64,000 nucleotides of DNA from Solirubrobacteraceae bacterium (GCA_036498325.1 DASYFR010000038.1:17679-81678); one strand, 5' to 3'. Positions 36,467-46,127 are shown, counted from the stretch's first letter. Made by a program: numbers and translations. The notes: generated from the letters alone by a model not told the origin.

Positions 36467-37081
36467 ATGGTCACGAACAGGACAAGCGGGAACGACGGGC
36501 GCCGCGGGCGGCCGCGAAGCGAGCGCTCACGCCAGGCGATCCTGCAGGCTACGAGCTCGCTGCTGCTCGAGGAGGGCCTGAGCTCGATCAGCCTCGACGC
36601 CGTTGCCCAGCGCGCCGGCACCAGCAAGGCGACGATCTACCGCTGGTGGCCATCCAAGGAGACCCTCGCGATGGAGCTGGTCTTGGACGAGTGGGAGCCC
36701 GAGGGCGGCGAGAGCCACGACAGTGGCTCGCTGACCGACGATCTGCTGGATCTGACCCTCCGGTGGACTCGCCAGCTCGGGCGCAGGCCCTACGGACGCG
36801 TGATTGCCGCGCTCATCGCCAGGGCGCAGAGCGATCCCGCGTTCGCCGGGGAATACCGCGCCAAGTTCGTCCAGCCCCGCCGCGAGCTGGGGCGCAGCAT
36901 CCTCGCGCGCGCTGTCGCGCGCGGCGAGATCTCCCCCGACACCGACGAGGAGGTCGTGCTCGATCTCCTCTTCGCGCCCTTCTACCACCGCATGCTGCAC
37001 AGCCACGCGCCGCTCACCGAAGGCTTTGCGCGAACCGTTGTCAACCACGTCGTGGCCGCGCTGTCACGGCCGATCGCGTGA
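36467..37081 (+). CDS. TetR/AcrR-family regulator
   Basis: GRPRSE...AGTSKATIYRWWPSKE HTH. Confidence 0.92.
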   Translation: MVTNRTSGNDGRRGRPRSERSRQAILQATSSLLLEEGLSSISLDAVAQRAGTSKATIYRWWPSKETLAMELVLDEWEPEGGESHDSGSLTDDLLDLTLRWTRQLGRRPYGRVIAALIARAQSDPAFAGEYRAKFVQPRRELGRSILARAVARGEISPDTDEEVVLDLLFAPFYHRMLHSHAPLTEGFARTVVNHVVAALSRPIA

Positions 37082-37521
37082 GCGCGATGAGCCCTCCGCG
37101 CCCACATCTGGCGGCGGTCGTCGCGGCCACGCTGCGCGCGCTCGAGTCCGGCGAGCCCGTCAACGCGCGAGCCTCGATTCGCTCCGATGGAGCGGACGCG
37201 CACGTCGACCTCGCGGCGCGGCTGAAGTTCCTCGACGACCGCAACCTCGCGATCGACGTGCGGCTGGCCGAGCGCGACGCTGCCGCCTCGGCGCTCACCT
37301 CGCCGGCGCCCCCGCCTGCACTCACCGGCCGCGAGCGCATGGTGGTTTCACTGATTGCGGAGGGCAAGGAGACCCGCGAGATCGCCAGCTCCCTGCACAT
37401 CTCTCCCGAGACGGTGCGTACGCACGTGCGCAACTCGATGTCCAAGGCCGGCGCCCACACCCGCGCCCAGCTTGTGGCAATAGTGTTGGAGTCCACGGAC
37501 TCGAACAAATCGTTCCACTAG
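37078..37521 (+). CDS. LuxR-type HTH protein with short N-terminal domain
   Basis: LTGRERMVVSLIAEG...ISPETVRTHVRN; GTGA overlap with TetR. Confidence 0.75.
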   Translation: MSAMSPPRPHLAAVVAATLRALESGEPVNARASIRSDGADAHVDLAARLKFLDDRNLAIDVRLAERDAAASALTSPAPPPALTGRERMVVSLIAEGKETREIASSLHISPETVRTHVRNSMSKAGAHTRAQLVAIVLESTDSNKSFH

Positions 37522-37536
37522 GCGCTGGGCGGGGGA

Positions 37537-37561
37537 TTGACAAATCACCCCTCTGGGGTAT
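37537..37561 (+). promoter_or_regulatory. TTGACA plus CsoR-like box upstream of the PAS-EAL gene
   Basis: TTGACA 37537-42; CACCCC-TCT-GGGGTAT 37546-61, with arms identical to the box at 39160. Confidence 0.6.
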
Positions 37562-37594
37562 CGCCCAGAACGCCCCGCGAGCCGAAGCTTAAGT

Positions 37595-38854
37595 ATGGCT
37601 CTCGCCCTCCCCGGTGGTCGTCTGCGCCGAACTCGGCAACTGCTCCGCCGCGAGCACAACCTGCTCGAGGTCCTGCTCGACAGCGTCGATGTGGCGATCG
37701 TCGCGTGCGGTGCCGATGGCGAGCTGACGCATCTCAATCGCGGCGCGATCGAGTTGATGGGAATGAACGGTTCCAGCGCAGATCCGAACACGTGGATCGA
37801 GCAGGTCCGCCCGCGCACTCCACAGGGTCTGCCGCTGACGCTCGCGGATCTGCCGATCGTGCGCGCGCTGCGGGGCGAGGTGGTGCGCAACGTCGATCTG
37901 CGTGTCAAGACGGCCGGTGGCGATCGGCTGATGAGCACCAGCGCAAACCCCGTCCTCGACGATCGCGGCGACGGCCTGGGTGCTGTGGCTGTGTTCGCGG
38001 ATGTCACCGACCAGCGGGCCAGGGAAGCCGAGGTACGAGACGAGCTGCGGGACGTGGGACTGGTCGTGGAGGTGCAGGACGCGATTGCCGCGGGGCGCCT
38101 GCTCTTGTACGCGCAGCCGATCGTCGACCTCGCCAGCGGGGCGACCGTGCTCGAGGAGCTGCTCCTGCGGATGCGCTCGCTCGACGGCGCGATCATCGGC
38201 CCGAGCGCCTTCCTCGCGGCAGCGGAGCGGCGGGGCAACATCACGATTCTCGACGAGTGGGTCTTCGAGCAGGCTGCACGGATTGCTGCGGACGGGCGCG
38301 CGGTGACCGTCAACGTCTCGGCGCACACCGTCGGACGATCGTCGTTCCTGCAGACGGTCGAAGGCACGCTGCGCCACCATCGCCTCGAGCCGCGGCAGAT
38401 CACCTTCGAGATCACCGAGACGGCCGTCGTCGCGGACATCATCGGCGCGACGCGGTTCGCCGAGCGCCTGGATGCGATCGGGTGTCAGTTCGCGCTCGAT
38501 GACTTCGGCACCGGCTACGCGGCCTTGACCTACCTGAAGCACCTCCCGATCCAATATCTGAAGATCGACGTGGACTTCGTCCGCGACGTCGCCGTGAACG
38601 AGCGATCGCGTGCCGTCATCTCCGGGATCGTGGCGCTGGCCGCGGGCTTTGGTCAGCGCACGATCGCCGAGGGCGTGGAGGACGAGCAGACGCTGGAGCT
38701 GGTTCGCGAGCTCGGCGTCGACTTCGCCCAGGGGTTCCACATCGGGCGCCCCGCACCGAGCGAGGCGCTCCCCGCCGCGACGGCCAGCGGTCGCGGTCGG
38801 CGATCGCAGGGCGGCCGGCCGCGGCCGGCCGCGAGCGCTATCCGTGGCGCATGA
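37595..38854 (+). CDS. PAS-EAL c-di-GMP phosphodiesterase
   Basis: PAS-like N-terminus; EEL variant, FEITET, DDFGTGY, LKID, EGVE. Confidence 0.88.
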   Translation: MALALPGGRLRRTRQLLRREHNLLEVLLDSVDVAIVACGADGELTHLNRGAIELMGMNGSSADPNTWIEQVRPRTPQGLPLTLADLPIVRALRGEVVRNVDLRVKTAGGDRLMSTSANPVLDDRGDGLGAVAVFADVTDQRAREAEVRDELRDVGLVVEVQDAIAAGRLLLYAQPIVDLASGATVLEELLLRMRSLDGAIIGPSAFLAAAERRGNITILDEWVFEQAARIAADGRAVTVNVSAHTVGRSSFLQTVEGTLRHHRLEPRQITFEITETAVVADIIGATRFAERLDAIGCQFALDDFGTGYAALTYLKHLPIQYLKIDVDFVRDVAVNERSRAVISGIVALAAGFGQRTIAEGVEDEQTLELVRELGVDFAQGFHIGRPAPSEALPAATASGRGRRSQGGRPRPAASAIRGA

Positions 38855-39140
38855 GCCGGCCGATCGCGGCCATCATCTCGGCCGTGCGTTCGTCGCGCTG
38901 ATCGGGCTCGGCACCGGTCACGCAGGTGTGGGCGTGGCCGTCCAGCAGCCCCAACGCCACCTTGTCGAGCGCGGCCTGGACCGCCGCGATCTGCGTTAGG
39001 ACGTCGATGCAGTAGCGGTCCTCCTCGACCATCCGCTCGACGCCGCGCACCTGGCCCTCGACGCGCCGCAGCCGTCTCTGCAGTTGATCCTTGCTCGCCG
39101 TGTAGCCGCGTACGGGCGTCTTCGCCTCGCTGGTGTCCAC
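38838..39140 (-). CDS. csoR: CsoR-family copper-sensing repressor, probably leaderless
   Basis: RLRRVEGQVRG, YCIDVL, GHAHTCV (C-H-C ligands); TAGGAT -10 ends 7 nt before GTG. Confidence 0.88.
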   Translation of the reverse strand: MDTSEAKTPVRGYTASKDQLQRRLRRVEGQVRGVERMVEEDRYCIDVLTQIAAVQAALDKVALGLLDGHAHTCVTGAEPDQRDERTAEMMAAIGRLMRHG

Positions 39141-39159
39141 GCGTGCGATCCTAGCAGAA

Positions 39160-39175
39160 CACCCCGGGGGGGTAT
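39160..39175. promoter_or_regulatory. CsoR operator between csoR and the permease
   Basis: CACCCC-GGG-GGGGTAT, the C-tract/G-tract type known for CsoR. Confidence 0.75.
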
Positions 39176-39212
39176 GGTAGCGTTGAGCTGTGACCCGGAC
39201 GCGAGCACGGTG

Positions 39213-40454
39213 ATGGACGTGATCGAAGTCATCTGGCACGGAATCAGAGATTCGTTCCTGATGGCGTGGGAGGTGTGGTGGGCGCTCGTGTTCGGCTTCG
39301 CCATCTCGGGCATCGTGCAGGCGTGGGTCCCGCGAGAGCGGATCGAGAGGTCGCTGTCGGGGTCTGGGCCGAAGCCCGTCGCGCTCGCCACGGGGCTGGG
39401 TGCAGCGTCGAGCTCGTGCTCCTACGCGGCGATCGCGATCGCCAAGAGCCTGTTTGGGAAGGGTGCCTCGGCAAGCACGGCGCTCGCCTTCCAGTTCGCT
39501 TCGACGAACCTCGTGTGGGAGCTCGGACTGGTGCTGTGGGTGCTGATCGGCTGGCAGTTCACGCTCGCCGAGTACGTCGGCGGACTCGTGATGATCGTGC
39601 TGATGGGCCTGCTGCTGCGCGCGTTCGTCTCGCCACGGCTCGAGATGCAGGCCCGCGAGCACGCACAGCAGACCGACACCGCCCATCAGCACCACATGGC
39701 AAGCGGGGCGCTGGGGTGGCGGGCACGGCTCACCTCGGCGTCGGGGTGGTCGGATGTCGCGCACAACTTCCGCGCGGACTGGCAGATGGTGTGGAAGGAG
39801 ATCACGATCGGGTTCTTCCTCGCCGGCTTCATCGCACAGCTCGGCAACGGGTTCTTCAGCGGGCTGTTCCTCGAGCACACGGGGGGCGTTCTCGGCTCGC
39901 TGGAGAACGTGCTCGTCGGCCCGGGCATCGCAGTGCTCAGCTTCGTGTGCTCCGTCGGAAACGTTCCCCTCGCGGCCGTCCTGTGGTCGGGCGGGATCAG
40001 CTTCGCGGGCGTGCTCGCGTTCCTGTTCGCCGATTTGATCGTGCTTCCGATCATCGCGATCTACCGCAAGTACTACGGCACCCGCTATGCGCTGCGGATC
40101 GTCGCTCTGATGTTCGTGACGATCGTCGTGGCGGCACTGATCGTCGACGGCCTGTTCAAGCTCGCCGGGCTGGTCCCCACCGGGCCGCGGCCCTCGCGCA
40201 GCGACGTGTTCGCGACGGTTACGGTCAACTACAAGCTCGTCCTCAACGTGCTCGGGCTCGCGGTCTTCTGCGCGCTCCTGTGGCTGACTGCGCGGCGCGG
40301 CGCGACCGACCCCATCTGCGGAATGAAGGTCGACCGGGCCAAGGCGATCCGCATCGACCTAGGCGAGCAGACCGTCTACTTCTGCTCACAGCACTGCCTC
40401 CACGCCTACGAGGTCGATGCCGGCACGAACCGCGCTCGAGCGAGCACACCGTGA
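39213..40454 (+). CDS. DUF318/ArsP-type permease with C-terminal YHS domain
   Basis: SSSCSYAA, FVCSVGNVP; C-terminal DPICGM...YFCSQHC. Confidence 0.85.
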   Translation: MDVIEVIWHGIRDSFLMAWEVWWALVFGFAISGIVQAWVPRERIERSLSGSGPKPVALATGLGAASSSCSYAAIAIAKSLFGKGASASTALAFQFASTNLVWELGLVLWVLIGWQFTLAEYVGGLVMIVLMGLLLRAFVSPRLEMQAREHAQQTDTAHQHHMASGALGWRARLTSASGWSDVAHNFRADWQMVWKEITIGFFLAGFIAQLGNGFFSGLFLEHTGGVLGSLENVLVGPGIAVLSFVCSVGNVPLAAVLWSGGISFAGVLAFLFADLIVLPIIAIYRKYYGTRYALRIVALMFVTIVVAALIVDGLFKLAGLVPTGPRPSRSDVFATVTVNYKLVLNVLGLAVFCALLWLTARRGATDPICGMKVDRAKAIRIDLGEQTVYFCSQHCLHAYEVDAGTNRARASTP

Positions 40455-40505
40455 GCGCCCGACCTGCTCACGCTCCTCGTCGGCGGGCGTGGGTCGACGA
40501 GCTCC

Positions 40506-41363
40506 TCAGACACCGTGCAAGGTCTTGATCACCCGCCCACGCGGCCCCCGCCACACCATCGTCGCGCGGCCCAGCGGGTCGCTGCGTGGCACGCGCACGA
40601 CGAGCAGGTTTTCGACCGGCTTTGCGGTGAGCGTCACGGCCGGTGAGATCTTCGGGCTGTAGCCGCTGGCGCGGCCCGCGGGGTAGCGAAGCGTGACCGT
40701 GGCAACGCCGTCCGGCACGACCATCGTGACCGTCGCGCTCGTACCGGAGCCGGGCGGGCCACTGCCCGCGTCGCGGCCCTGCTCGATCGCCCCCGCGCTC
40801 TCGCCGCCGCCGCCGCTGCCTCCGATCAGGCCATGACCGAGATCGACGTTCTGCGCCAGCTCCATGATGCCCTGATGCGGCTTCTCCCTGGTGCCGCACT
40901 CGCCCACGATGACCGGGTACAGGTAGTAACGCGCGCCGTCGGCGACACGAGCGCGGCGGATGTAGCGGACGAACACCCCCCTGGTGAAGCCTCCCTGAAA
41001 GATGTGAATCGCGTCAGCCGCCACGGCCGGGCGGCGCAGCACACCGAGGATCGCGAGCAGCGACCTGCTCGGGCGGCCTTGCAACGACTGCGCCGGCGGG
41101 CACGACGCAGTGCTGTGCCTAGGCGACCGGCCGGCGGAGACGCCCGCGCTCGCCGCCACGCCCCGCGCGTGTGACCCGCCTCCGGCTCCGCCGGCGCCAA
41201 GGACGATCCCGCCGATCGCAATGGTGCTCAGCAGCGTCGCGGCGACGGCTCGGCGCCGCCGGCGCCCGTGCGCGCGCGCCTCCTCGATCACACCGGCATC
41301 GGGCGTCGGATTCGCGGCGCTGCTCGCCGCGGGCGTCTCGCGTCTGTCCACCGTCGCGCTCAT
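40506..41363 (-). CDS. Hypothetical membrane-anchored exported protein
   Basis: IEEARAHGRRRRR followed by a TM helix; ATGA-coupled to GntR. Confidence 0.6.
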   Translation of the reverse strand: MSATVDRRETPAASSAANPTPDAGVIEEARAHGRRRRRAVAATLLSTIAIGGIVLGAGGAGGGSHARGVAASAGVSAGRSPRHSTASCPPAQSLQGRPSRSLLAILGVLRRPAVAADAIHIFQGGFTRGVFVRYIRRARVADGARYYLYPVIVGECGTREKPHQGIMELAQNVDLGHGLIGGSGGGGESAGAIEQGRDAGSGPPGSGTSATVTMVVPDGVATVTLRYPAGRASGYSPKISPAVTLTAKPVENLLVVRVPRSDPLGRATMVWRGPRGRVIKTLHGV

Positions 41364-41713
41364 TGCGTGCTGAGCGCGCGAATCATCTGGATCAGCTCAT
41401 CGGGTTTGTAGCCGTTGCGCTGGGCGAGGCCGACCAGCTCACGGGCGTGTGACAGCACGAGACCCCGCTCGGGCGTCCCCGCGACACGGATCCCGAGCCC
41501 GCGGCGGAATTCGAGCAGGCCTTCATCGCGCAGCTCGCGCAGGGCACGCAGCACCGTGTTGGTGTTCACGTCCATCACCGCCGCCAGGTGCTTGGCCGGG
41601 GGCAAGCGGTCGCCGGGCCTCGCGTCGCCTTCAGCGATCGAGCGGCGGATCTGCGCCGCCACCTGCTCGTGCAGCGCCGTCGGATCGGAGCGGTCGAGCC
41701 GGGCTCCCAACAT
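41360..41713 (-). CDS. GntR/YtrA-family regulator
   Basis: LHEQVAAQIRRSI..G..RPGDRLP...VNTNTVLRALREL..EG. Confidence 0.88.
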   Translation of the reverse strand: MLGARLDRSDPTALHEQVAAQIRRSIAEGDARPGDRLPPAKHLAAVMDVNTNTVLRALRELRDEGLLEFRRGLGIRVAGTPERGLVLSHARELVGLAQRNGYKPDELIQMIRALSTQ

Positions 41714-41716
41714 AGT

Positions 41717-41731
41717 GCTAGTAATACTAGC
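41717..41731. promoter_or_regulatory. Probable GntR operator
   Basis: Perfect GCTAGTA-A-TACTAGC, 3 nt upstream of the GntR ATG. Confidence 0.65.
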
Positions 41732-42665
41732 TCCTATATCGCAGAGCCGAGCGTCGGGGGTTCCCAACGTCGACGCGCGCGGGACTCCGTCGCGCGGTCA
41801 CGAGCGCGGCGAGGATGCTCGCGCGGATCGCTCGCCCCAGACGCTCCTGGAGAGCGCGGGTCTCGTTCACGAGGGCGTCGCGCTGGCCACTCGAGATGCG
41901 CGCCCAGAACGACATCGTGCCGAGCAGCGCGTTGAGCTCCGCAGCGGTGTGCTCGACCATGGTGGGCACGGTTGCGAGCTGTAGATCCTCGAACAGATCG
42001 GCTGCGTAGTCACGGCCCACGTCGTGGCTCCCCAGCCAGCCCCAGGCATCTGCGACGTTCCCACGGCGCTCGTGGACGCCCGCAATCGTGTAATCGAGAT
42101 CGCGGTAGGTGGGCCACGTCGCGGCGATCTCCGGCGCGTGCGCGCGCAGGGCCGAGAGGAGCGCCTCCTGGTCATCGACGCTGCGCGGCGCCTGAAGGCC
42201 GAAGTACTGGATCAGGGCGAGCGTCCCGCGGGGAGCAAGCAGCTCGGCGATCCTCGCCCACCCCAGGTCAGGCTCAACCCAGTGGATCGCCGACGCCGAG
42301 AAGACCGCCTCGTAGCTCTCGCGCGGCAGCTGCACGTCCTCGAGACGCGCCTGCACAAACTCCACGTCGCCCACATCTCTCACGTTCTCCTCGGCGACGC
42401 GGATCAGTTGATCTCCCGGCTCGAGTGCGGTCACACGCAGCCCGCGGGCGAGCAGGCTGCGCGTCAGCTGACCAGTCCCGCACCCGATCTCGAGCACGCG
42501 GTCCCCCGCGCGGATGCCCGCCACCGTGCACGCCCGGTCGACGAGTGCATCGGGATAGCTCGGGCGATTGCGGTCGTACTCGACCGCAATCGCGTTGAAG
42601 GACTTGCCGTGGCTACGTGCGAGCGTTCTGTCGCTGATGCCCGAAACGTACACGCGGCCCGCCAC
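41727..42665 (-). CDS. Class I SAM-dependent methyltransferase
   Basis: YDRNRPSYP, VLEIGCGTGQ, AIHWV. Confidence 0.82.
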   Translation of the reverse strand: MAGRVYVSGISDRTLARSHGKSFNAIAVEYDRNRPSYPDALVDRACTVAGIRAGDRVLEIGCGTGQLTRSLLARGLRVTALEPGDQLIRVAEENVRDVGDVEFVQARLEDVQLPRESYEAVFSASAIHWVEPDLGWARIAELLAPRGTLALIQYFGLQAPRSVDDQEALLSALRAHAPEIAATWPTYRDLDYTIAGVHERRGNVADAWGWLGSHDVGRDYAADLFEDLQLATVPTMVEHTAAELNALLGTMSFWARISSGQRDALVNETRALQERLGRAIRASILAALVTARRSPARVDVGNPRRSALRYRS

Positions 42666-42786
42666 GGACCGATGAGCGCCCGGCGATTCGCCGTAACCGA
42701 GTCGTCGTCGCGCACGCGGGCGGCCGAGCAGTCGGCCATCGACACGTCGTGGACCCTCCCGCTTGCATCCCCAATTTTACAGGGCG

Positions 42787-42825
42787 CCGGGGACTTGAAT
42801 CAAGCCCCCGGTCCTGCCGCATAAT
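42787..42825 (+). promoter_or_regulatory. Rifamycin-associated element (RAE)-like palindrome and -10 box
   Basis: CCGGGGACTTG-AAT-CAAGCCCCCGG (one mismatch), CATAAT 42820-25, directly upstream of rph. Confidence 0.72.
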
Positions 42826-42869
42826 GACCGGCCGATGCGATCGCCAGCCGACCAAACCGGAGTGATCGG

Positions 42870-45464
42870 ATGAGCAGCTACGTGCTGGGCCTCGAGCAGA
42901 TCGACCGGACGCAGCTTGCGCTCGCCGGCGGCAAGGGGGCGCACCTGGGGGAGCTTTCGAGGATCGAAGGCATCCACGTACCGGCCGGCTTTTGTGTGAC
43001 GACGGAGGCCTTCCGGCGGATCCTGGCGCAGGCGCCGGCGATCGACGATCGGCTCGATCGGCTGTCTCGCTCGAGCCCCGAGGACCGGGAGACGATCCGC
43101 GCACTCAGCGCGCAGATCCGCGAGAGCCTTGAAGAGATCGCGATCCCTGATGATGTCGCGGCGTCGATCAACCGCTCGCTCGCCCGGCTCGGTGCGCACG
43201 CCGCCTACGCCGTCCGATCGAGCGCGACGGCGGAGGACTTGCCGACCGCGTCCTCGGCGGGCCAGCAGGACTCCTACCTGAACGTCGTGGGGCCGGCGGC
43301 AATCCTCCGGCACCTCAGCCGCTGCTGGGCCTCGCTCTTCACCGAGCGGGCCGTGATCTATCGCCTGCGAAACGGCGTCGACCAGCGGAACGTCGCGATG
43401 GCCGTCGTCGTGCAGCGGATGGTCTTCGCGCAGGCGGCCGGTGTCCTCTTCACGGCCGACCCGGTGAGCTCAGACCGCAAGCTCGCATCCGTGGAGGCGA
43501 CCTTCGGCCTGGGCGAGACCTTGGTGGCGGGACTGGTGAATGCGGACAGCTACAAGGTGCGCGACGGCGAGGTGATCGCCGTGACGGTTGCCACCAAGCA
43601 TCTTGCCGTCCACGCCTCGCCGGCAGGCGGGACTCAGCAAGAGGTGATCGCGCCGGAGCGCCGGGATCAGCCGGCGCTGACCGATGCGCAGGTCGTCACA
43701 CTCGTGCAGCTGGGCCGACGGATCGAGGCGCACTTCGGCTGTCCGCAGGACGTCGAGTGGTGCCTGCTCGACAACGACTTCCCGATCGTCCAGAGCCGGC
43801 CGATCACCAGGCTGTTCCCGATCCCCGACGTCGGCGACGGGGACAACCACGTCTACCTGTCGGTCGGTCACCAGCAGATGATGACGGACGCGATGAAGCC
43901 CCTCGGGCTGTCGGTCTGGAAGCTGACCTCACCAGCGCCGATGTACGAGGCCGGCGGGAGGCTGTTCGTCGACGCAACCCCGCGCCTGCGCTCTCCGCGC
44001 GGGCGTGCCGCCCTGCTGGAGATCGCGGGGAGATCCGACCCGCTGACCGGGGACGCACTGGAGACCGTCCTCGAACGCGGCGACTTCATCCCGTTGCTTG
44101 CCGACGAGGACGCGGACGAGCCGGCCGCTGGGGGCGCTGCGGCCGAGATCGAGACCGATCCGGCGATCGTCACCGAGCTGATCGCCCGCAGCCAGGAGTC
44201 GATCGCCGCCCTGAAGCGCGCCATCGGAGCGAAGTCCGGTGCGGAGCTGTTCGACTTCATCCTGGCTGACATCCAGGAGCTGAGGCGCGTCCTGTTCGAT
44301 CCGCGCAGCCATCAGGTGTTCATGTCGGCGATGGAAGCAACGTGGTGGCTGAATGAGCACCTGCAGGCGTGGCTGGGCGAGAAGAACGCCGCCGACGAGC
44401 TCACCCGGTCCGTCCCCCACAACGTCACGTCGGAGATGGGGCTGGCGCTGCTGGACGTCGCGGACGTGATCCGCCCGCATCCGGAGGTGGTGGGTTTCCT
44501 GCAGCAGGTCGACGACGAGAGCTTCCTCGACCAGCTGGTCGAGCTCGCGGGCGGCCGGGAAGCCCGCGATGCGATCCGCGCCTTCCTCGATCAGTACGGC
44601 ATGCGCTGCGCCGGTGAGATCGACATCACGAGGCCGCGGTGGAGCGAGCGCCCCACCACGATCGTGCCGATCATCCTCGGCAACATCGAGAGCTTCGAGG
44701 CGGGCGCCGGTGAGCGGCGCTTCGCGCAGGGGCAGTTGGAGGCGCAGGCCAAGGAGCACGATGTGTTGGAGCGCCTGCGGGCCCTGCCGGGTGGGGAGCG
44801 GAAAGCGGAGCAGGCCAAGCGGAAGATCGACCGCGTGCGGACCTTCATCGGGTATCGGGAGTATCCGAAGTACGCAATGGTCAGCCGTTACTTCGTCTAC
44901 AAGCAGGCCCTGCTGGAAGAGGGCGGGCGCCTGGTGCAGACCAACGTGCTTCAGGAGCAGGAAGACATCTTCTACCTCACCTTCCAGGAGCTTCACGACC
45001 TCACACGTACGCACGATGTCGATGACGAGCTCATCAGCCGGCGCAAGGATTCCTTCCGCTCCTACCAGGCGCTGACGCCGCCCCGGGTGCTCACCTCGGA
45101 TGGCGAGGTCATCGCCGGGTCCTACCGACGAGAGGGTCTGCCGGCCGGCGCGCTGGTCGGGCTACCGGTCTCTGCCGGGACCATCGAGGGGCGAGCCCGC
45201 GTCATCGCGAGCATCGAGGACGCCGAGCTCGCAGCGGGCGAGATCCTCGTCACCGCCTACACCGATCCCAGCTGGACACCCCTGTTCGTGGCGATCAGCG
45301 GCCTCGTGACGGAGGTCGGGGGCCTGATGACCCACGGTGCGGTGATCGCTCGGGAGTATGGCCTGCCGGCCGTCGTGGGCGTCGTGAATGCCACCAGGCT
45401 GATCGCAGACGGGCAGCGGATCCGCGTGCATGGAACAGACGGGTACGTCGAGATCCTGCCGTAG
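42870..45464 (+). CDS. rph: Rifamycin-inactivating phosphotransferase
   Basis: 864 aa with ATP-grasp, RIF-binding and His-swivel domains in order: GGKGA, VRSSATAED, QSRPIT, YLSVGHQQMMTD, REYPKY, GGLMTHGAVIAREYG. Confidence 0.88.
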   Translation: MSSYVLGLEQIDRTQLALAGGKGAHLGELSRIEGIHVPAGFCVTTEAFRRILAQAPAIDDRLDRLSRSSPEDRETIRALSAQIRESLEEIAIPDDVAASINRSLARLGAHAAYAVRSSATAEDLPTASSAGQQDSYLNVVGPAAILRHLSRCWASLFTERAVIYRLRNGVDQRNVAMAVVVQRMVFAQAAGVLFTADPVSSDRKLASVEATFGLGETLVAGLVNADSYKVRDGEVIAVTVATKHLAVHASPAGGTQQEVIAPERRDQPALTDAQVVTLVQLGRRIEAHFGCPQDVEWCLLDNDFPIVQSRPITRLFPIPDVGDGDNHVYLSVGHQQMMTDAMKPLGLSVWKLTSPAPMYEAGGRLFVDATPRLRSPRGRAALLEIAGRSDPLTGDALETVLERGDFIPLLADEDADEPAAGGAAAEIETDPAIVTELIARSQESIAALKRAIGAKSGAELFDFILADIQELRRVLFDPRSHQVFMSAMEATWWLNEHLQAWLGEKNAADELTRSVPHNVTSEMGLALLDVADVIRPHPEVVGFLQQVDDESFLDQLVELAGGREARDAIRAFLDQYGMRCAGEIDITRPRWSERPTTIVPIILGNIESFEAGAGERRFAQGQLEAQAKEHDVLERLRALPGGERKAEQAKRKIDRVRTFIGYREYPKYAMVSRYFVYKQALLEEGGRLVQTNVLQEQEDIFYLTFQELHDLTRTHDVDDELISRRKDSFRSYQALTPPRVLTSDGEVIAGSYRREGLPAGALVGLPVSAGTIEGRARVIASIEDAELAAGEILVTAYTDPSWTPLFVAISGLVTEVGGLMTHGAVIAREYGLPAVVGVVNATRLIADGQRIRVHGTDGYVEILP

Positions 45465-45512
45465 CCGAGCCAGCGCCGAGGAAGCGGCCCATCATCCCGC
45501 CTTCGGCCTAGC

Positions 45513-45986
45513 TCACGAGCCGCGCTCCTTCAGGTAGCTCTCGGGGTCGAAGGCGACACGGATGCCGGTGGAGGCGAACTTGCCGACCACCTCCCCATCC
45601 GCCAGCACCTCGGCCTCAGCCCACACGAGCCGGCTGCCCGAGCGCACGACCTTCGCGTCCGCACGAAGCTTCGAGACCTTGCCGGCGTTGACCGGTCGAA
45701 TGAAGCGGGCGAAGATGTCAATCGTCGTGATCGCGCTCTTCATGATCTCCTCGTCGTCGAGGATGCTCGTCGTCGCAGCCGCCATCGCGGCGTCCGCCAG
45801 CACGGTGGCGATGCCGCCCTGGATGACTCCGAGCGGATTGCCGAGCTCTGCGCGCGCCGCCATCTCATAGCTCGCCTCGCCGCGCGCGAACTCAACGAGG
45901 TGCATGTCGAGCGTCTCCGAGACGGGCGAACGCAGCTCACCGGCTCGCGTCTTCTCCATCATCTGATCGACGAACGTGTGACTCAT
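45513..45986 (-). CDS. PaaI-family thioesterase
   Basis: NPLGVIQGG..TVLADAAM hotdog motif. Confidence 0.82.
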   Translation of the reverse strand: MSHTFVDQMMEKTRAGELRSPVSETLDMHLVEFARGEASYEMAARAELGNPLGVIQGGIATVLADAAMAAATTSILDDEEIMKSAITTIDIFARFIRPVNAGKVSKLRADAKVVRSGSRLVWAEAEVLADGEVVGKFASTGIRVAFDPESYLKERGS

Positions 45987-46041
45987 CTCTCTCCGTTCGG
46001 TGGGCTTGGCTCGCCACCCGGCCTGATCGAGCTTCGATAGA

Positions 46042-46072
46042 CTTACTGGCGAGTAAGATTACTGGCTGGTAT
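46042..46072. promoter_or_regulatory. Probable tandem TetR operators
   Basis: CTTACT-GGCG-AGTAAG palindrome plus a second TTACTGGC copy 16 bp downstream. Confidence 0.55.
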
Positions 46073-46127
46073 GCCCGCTGACCACCGAACTAAACGCTCC
46101 CGCCCCGCGCGGCGCCAACATCGACGG

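Noticed and set aside
42464-42745. Frameshifted 5' part of the methyltransferase (ORF with GGGAGG RBS)
   Set aside because: The methyltransferase frame already appears complete from 42665; no protein-like signal in this ORF.
42870-45464. PEP synthase (ppsA)
   Set aside because: The His-swivel domain is C-terminal and there is no pyruvate-binding barrel; the architecture and the RAE fit Rph.
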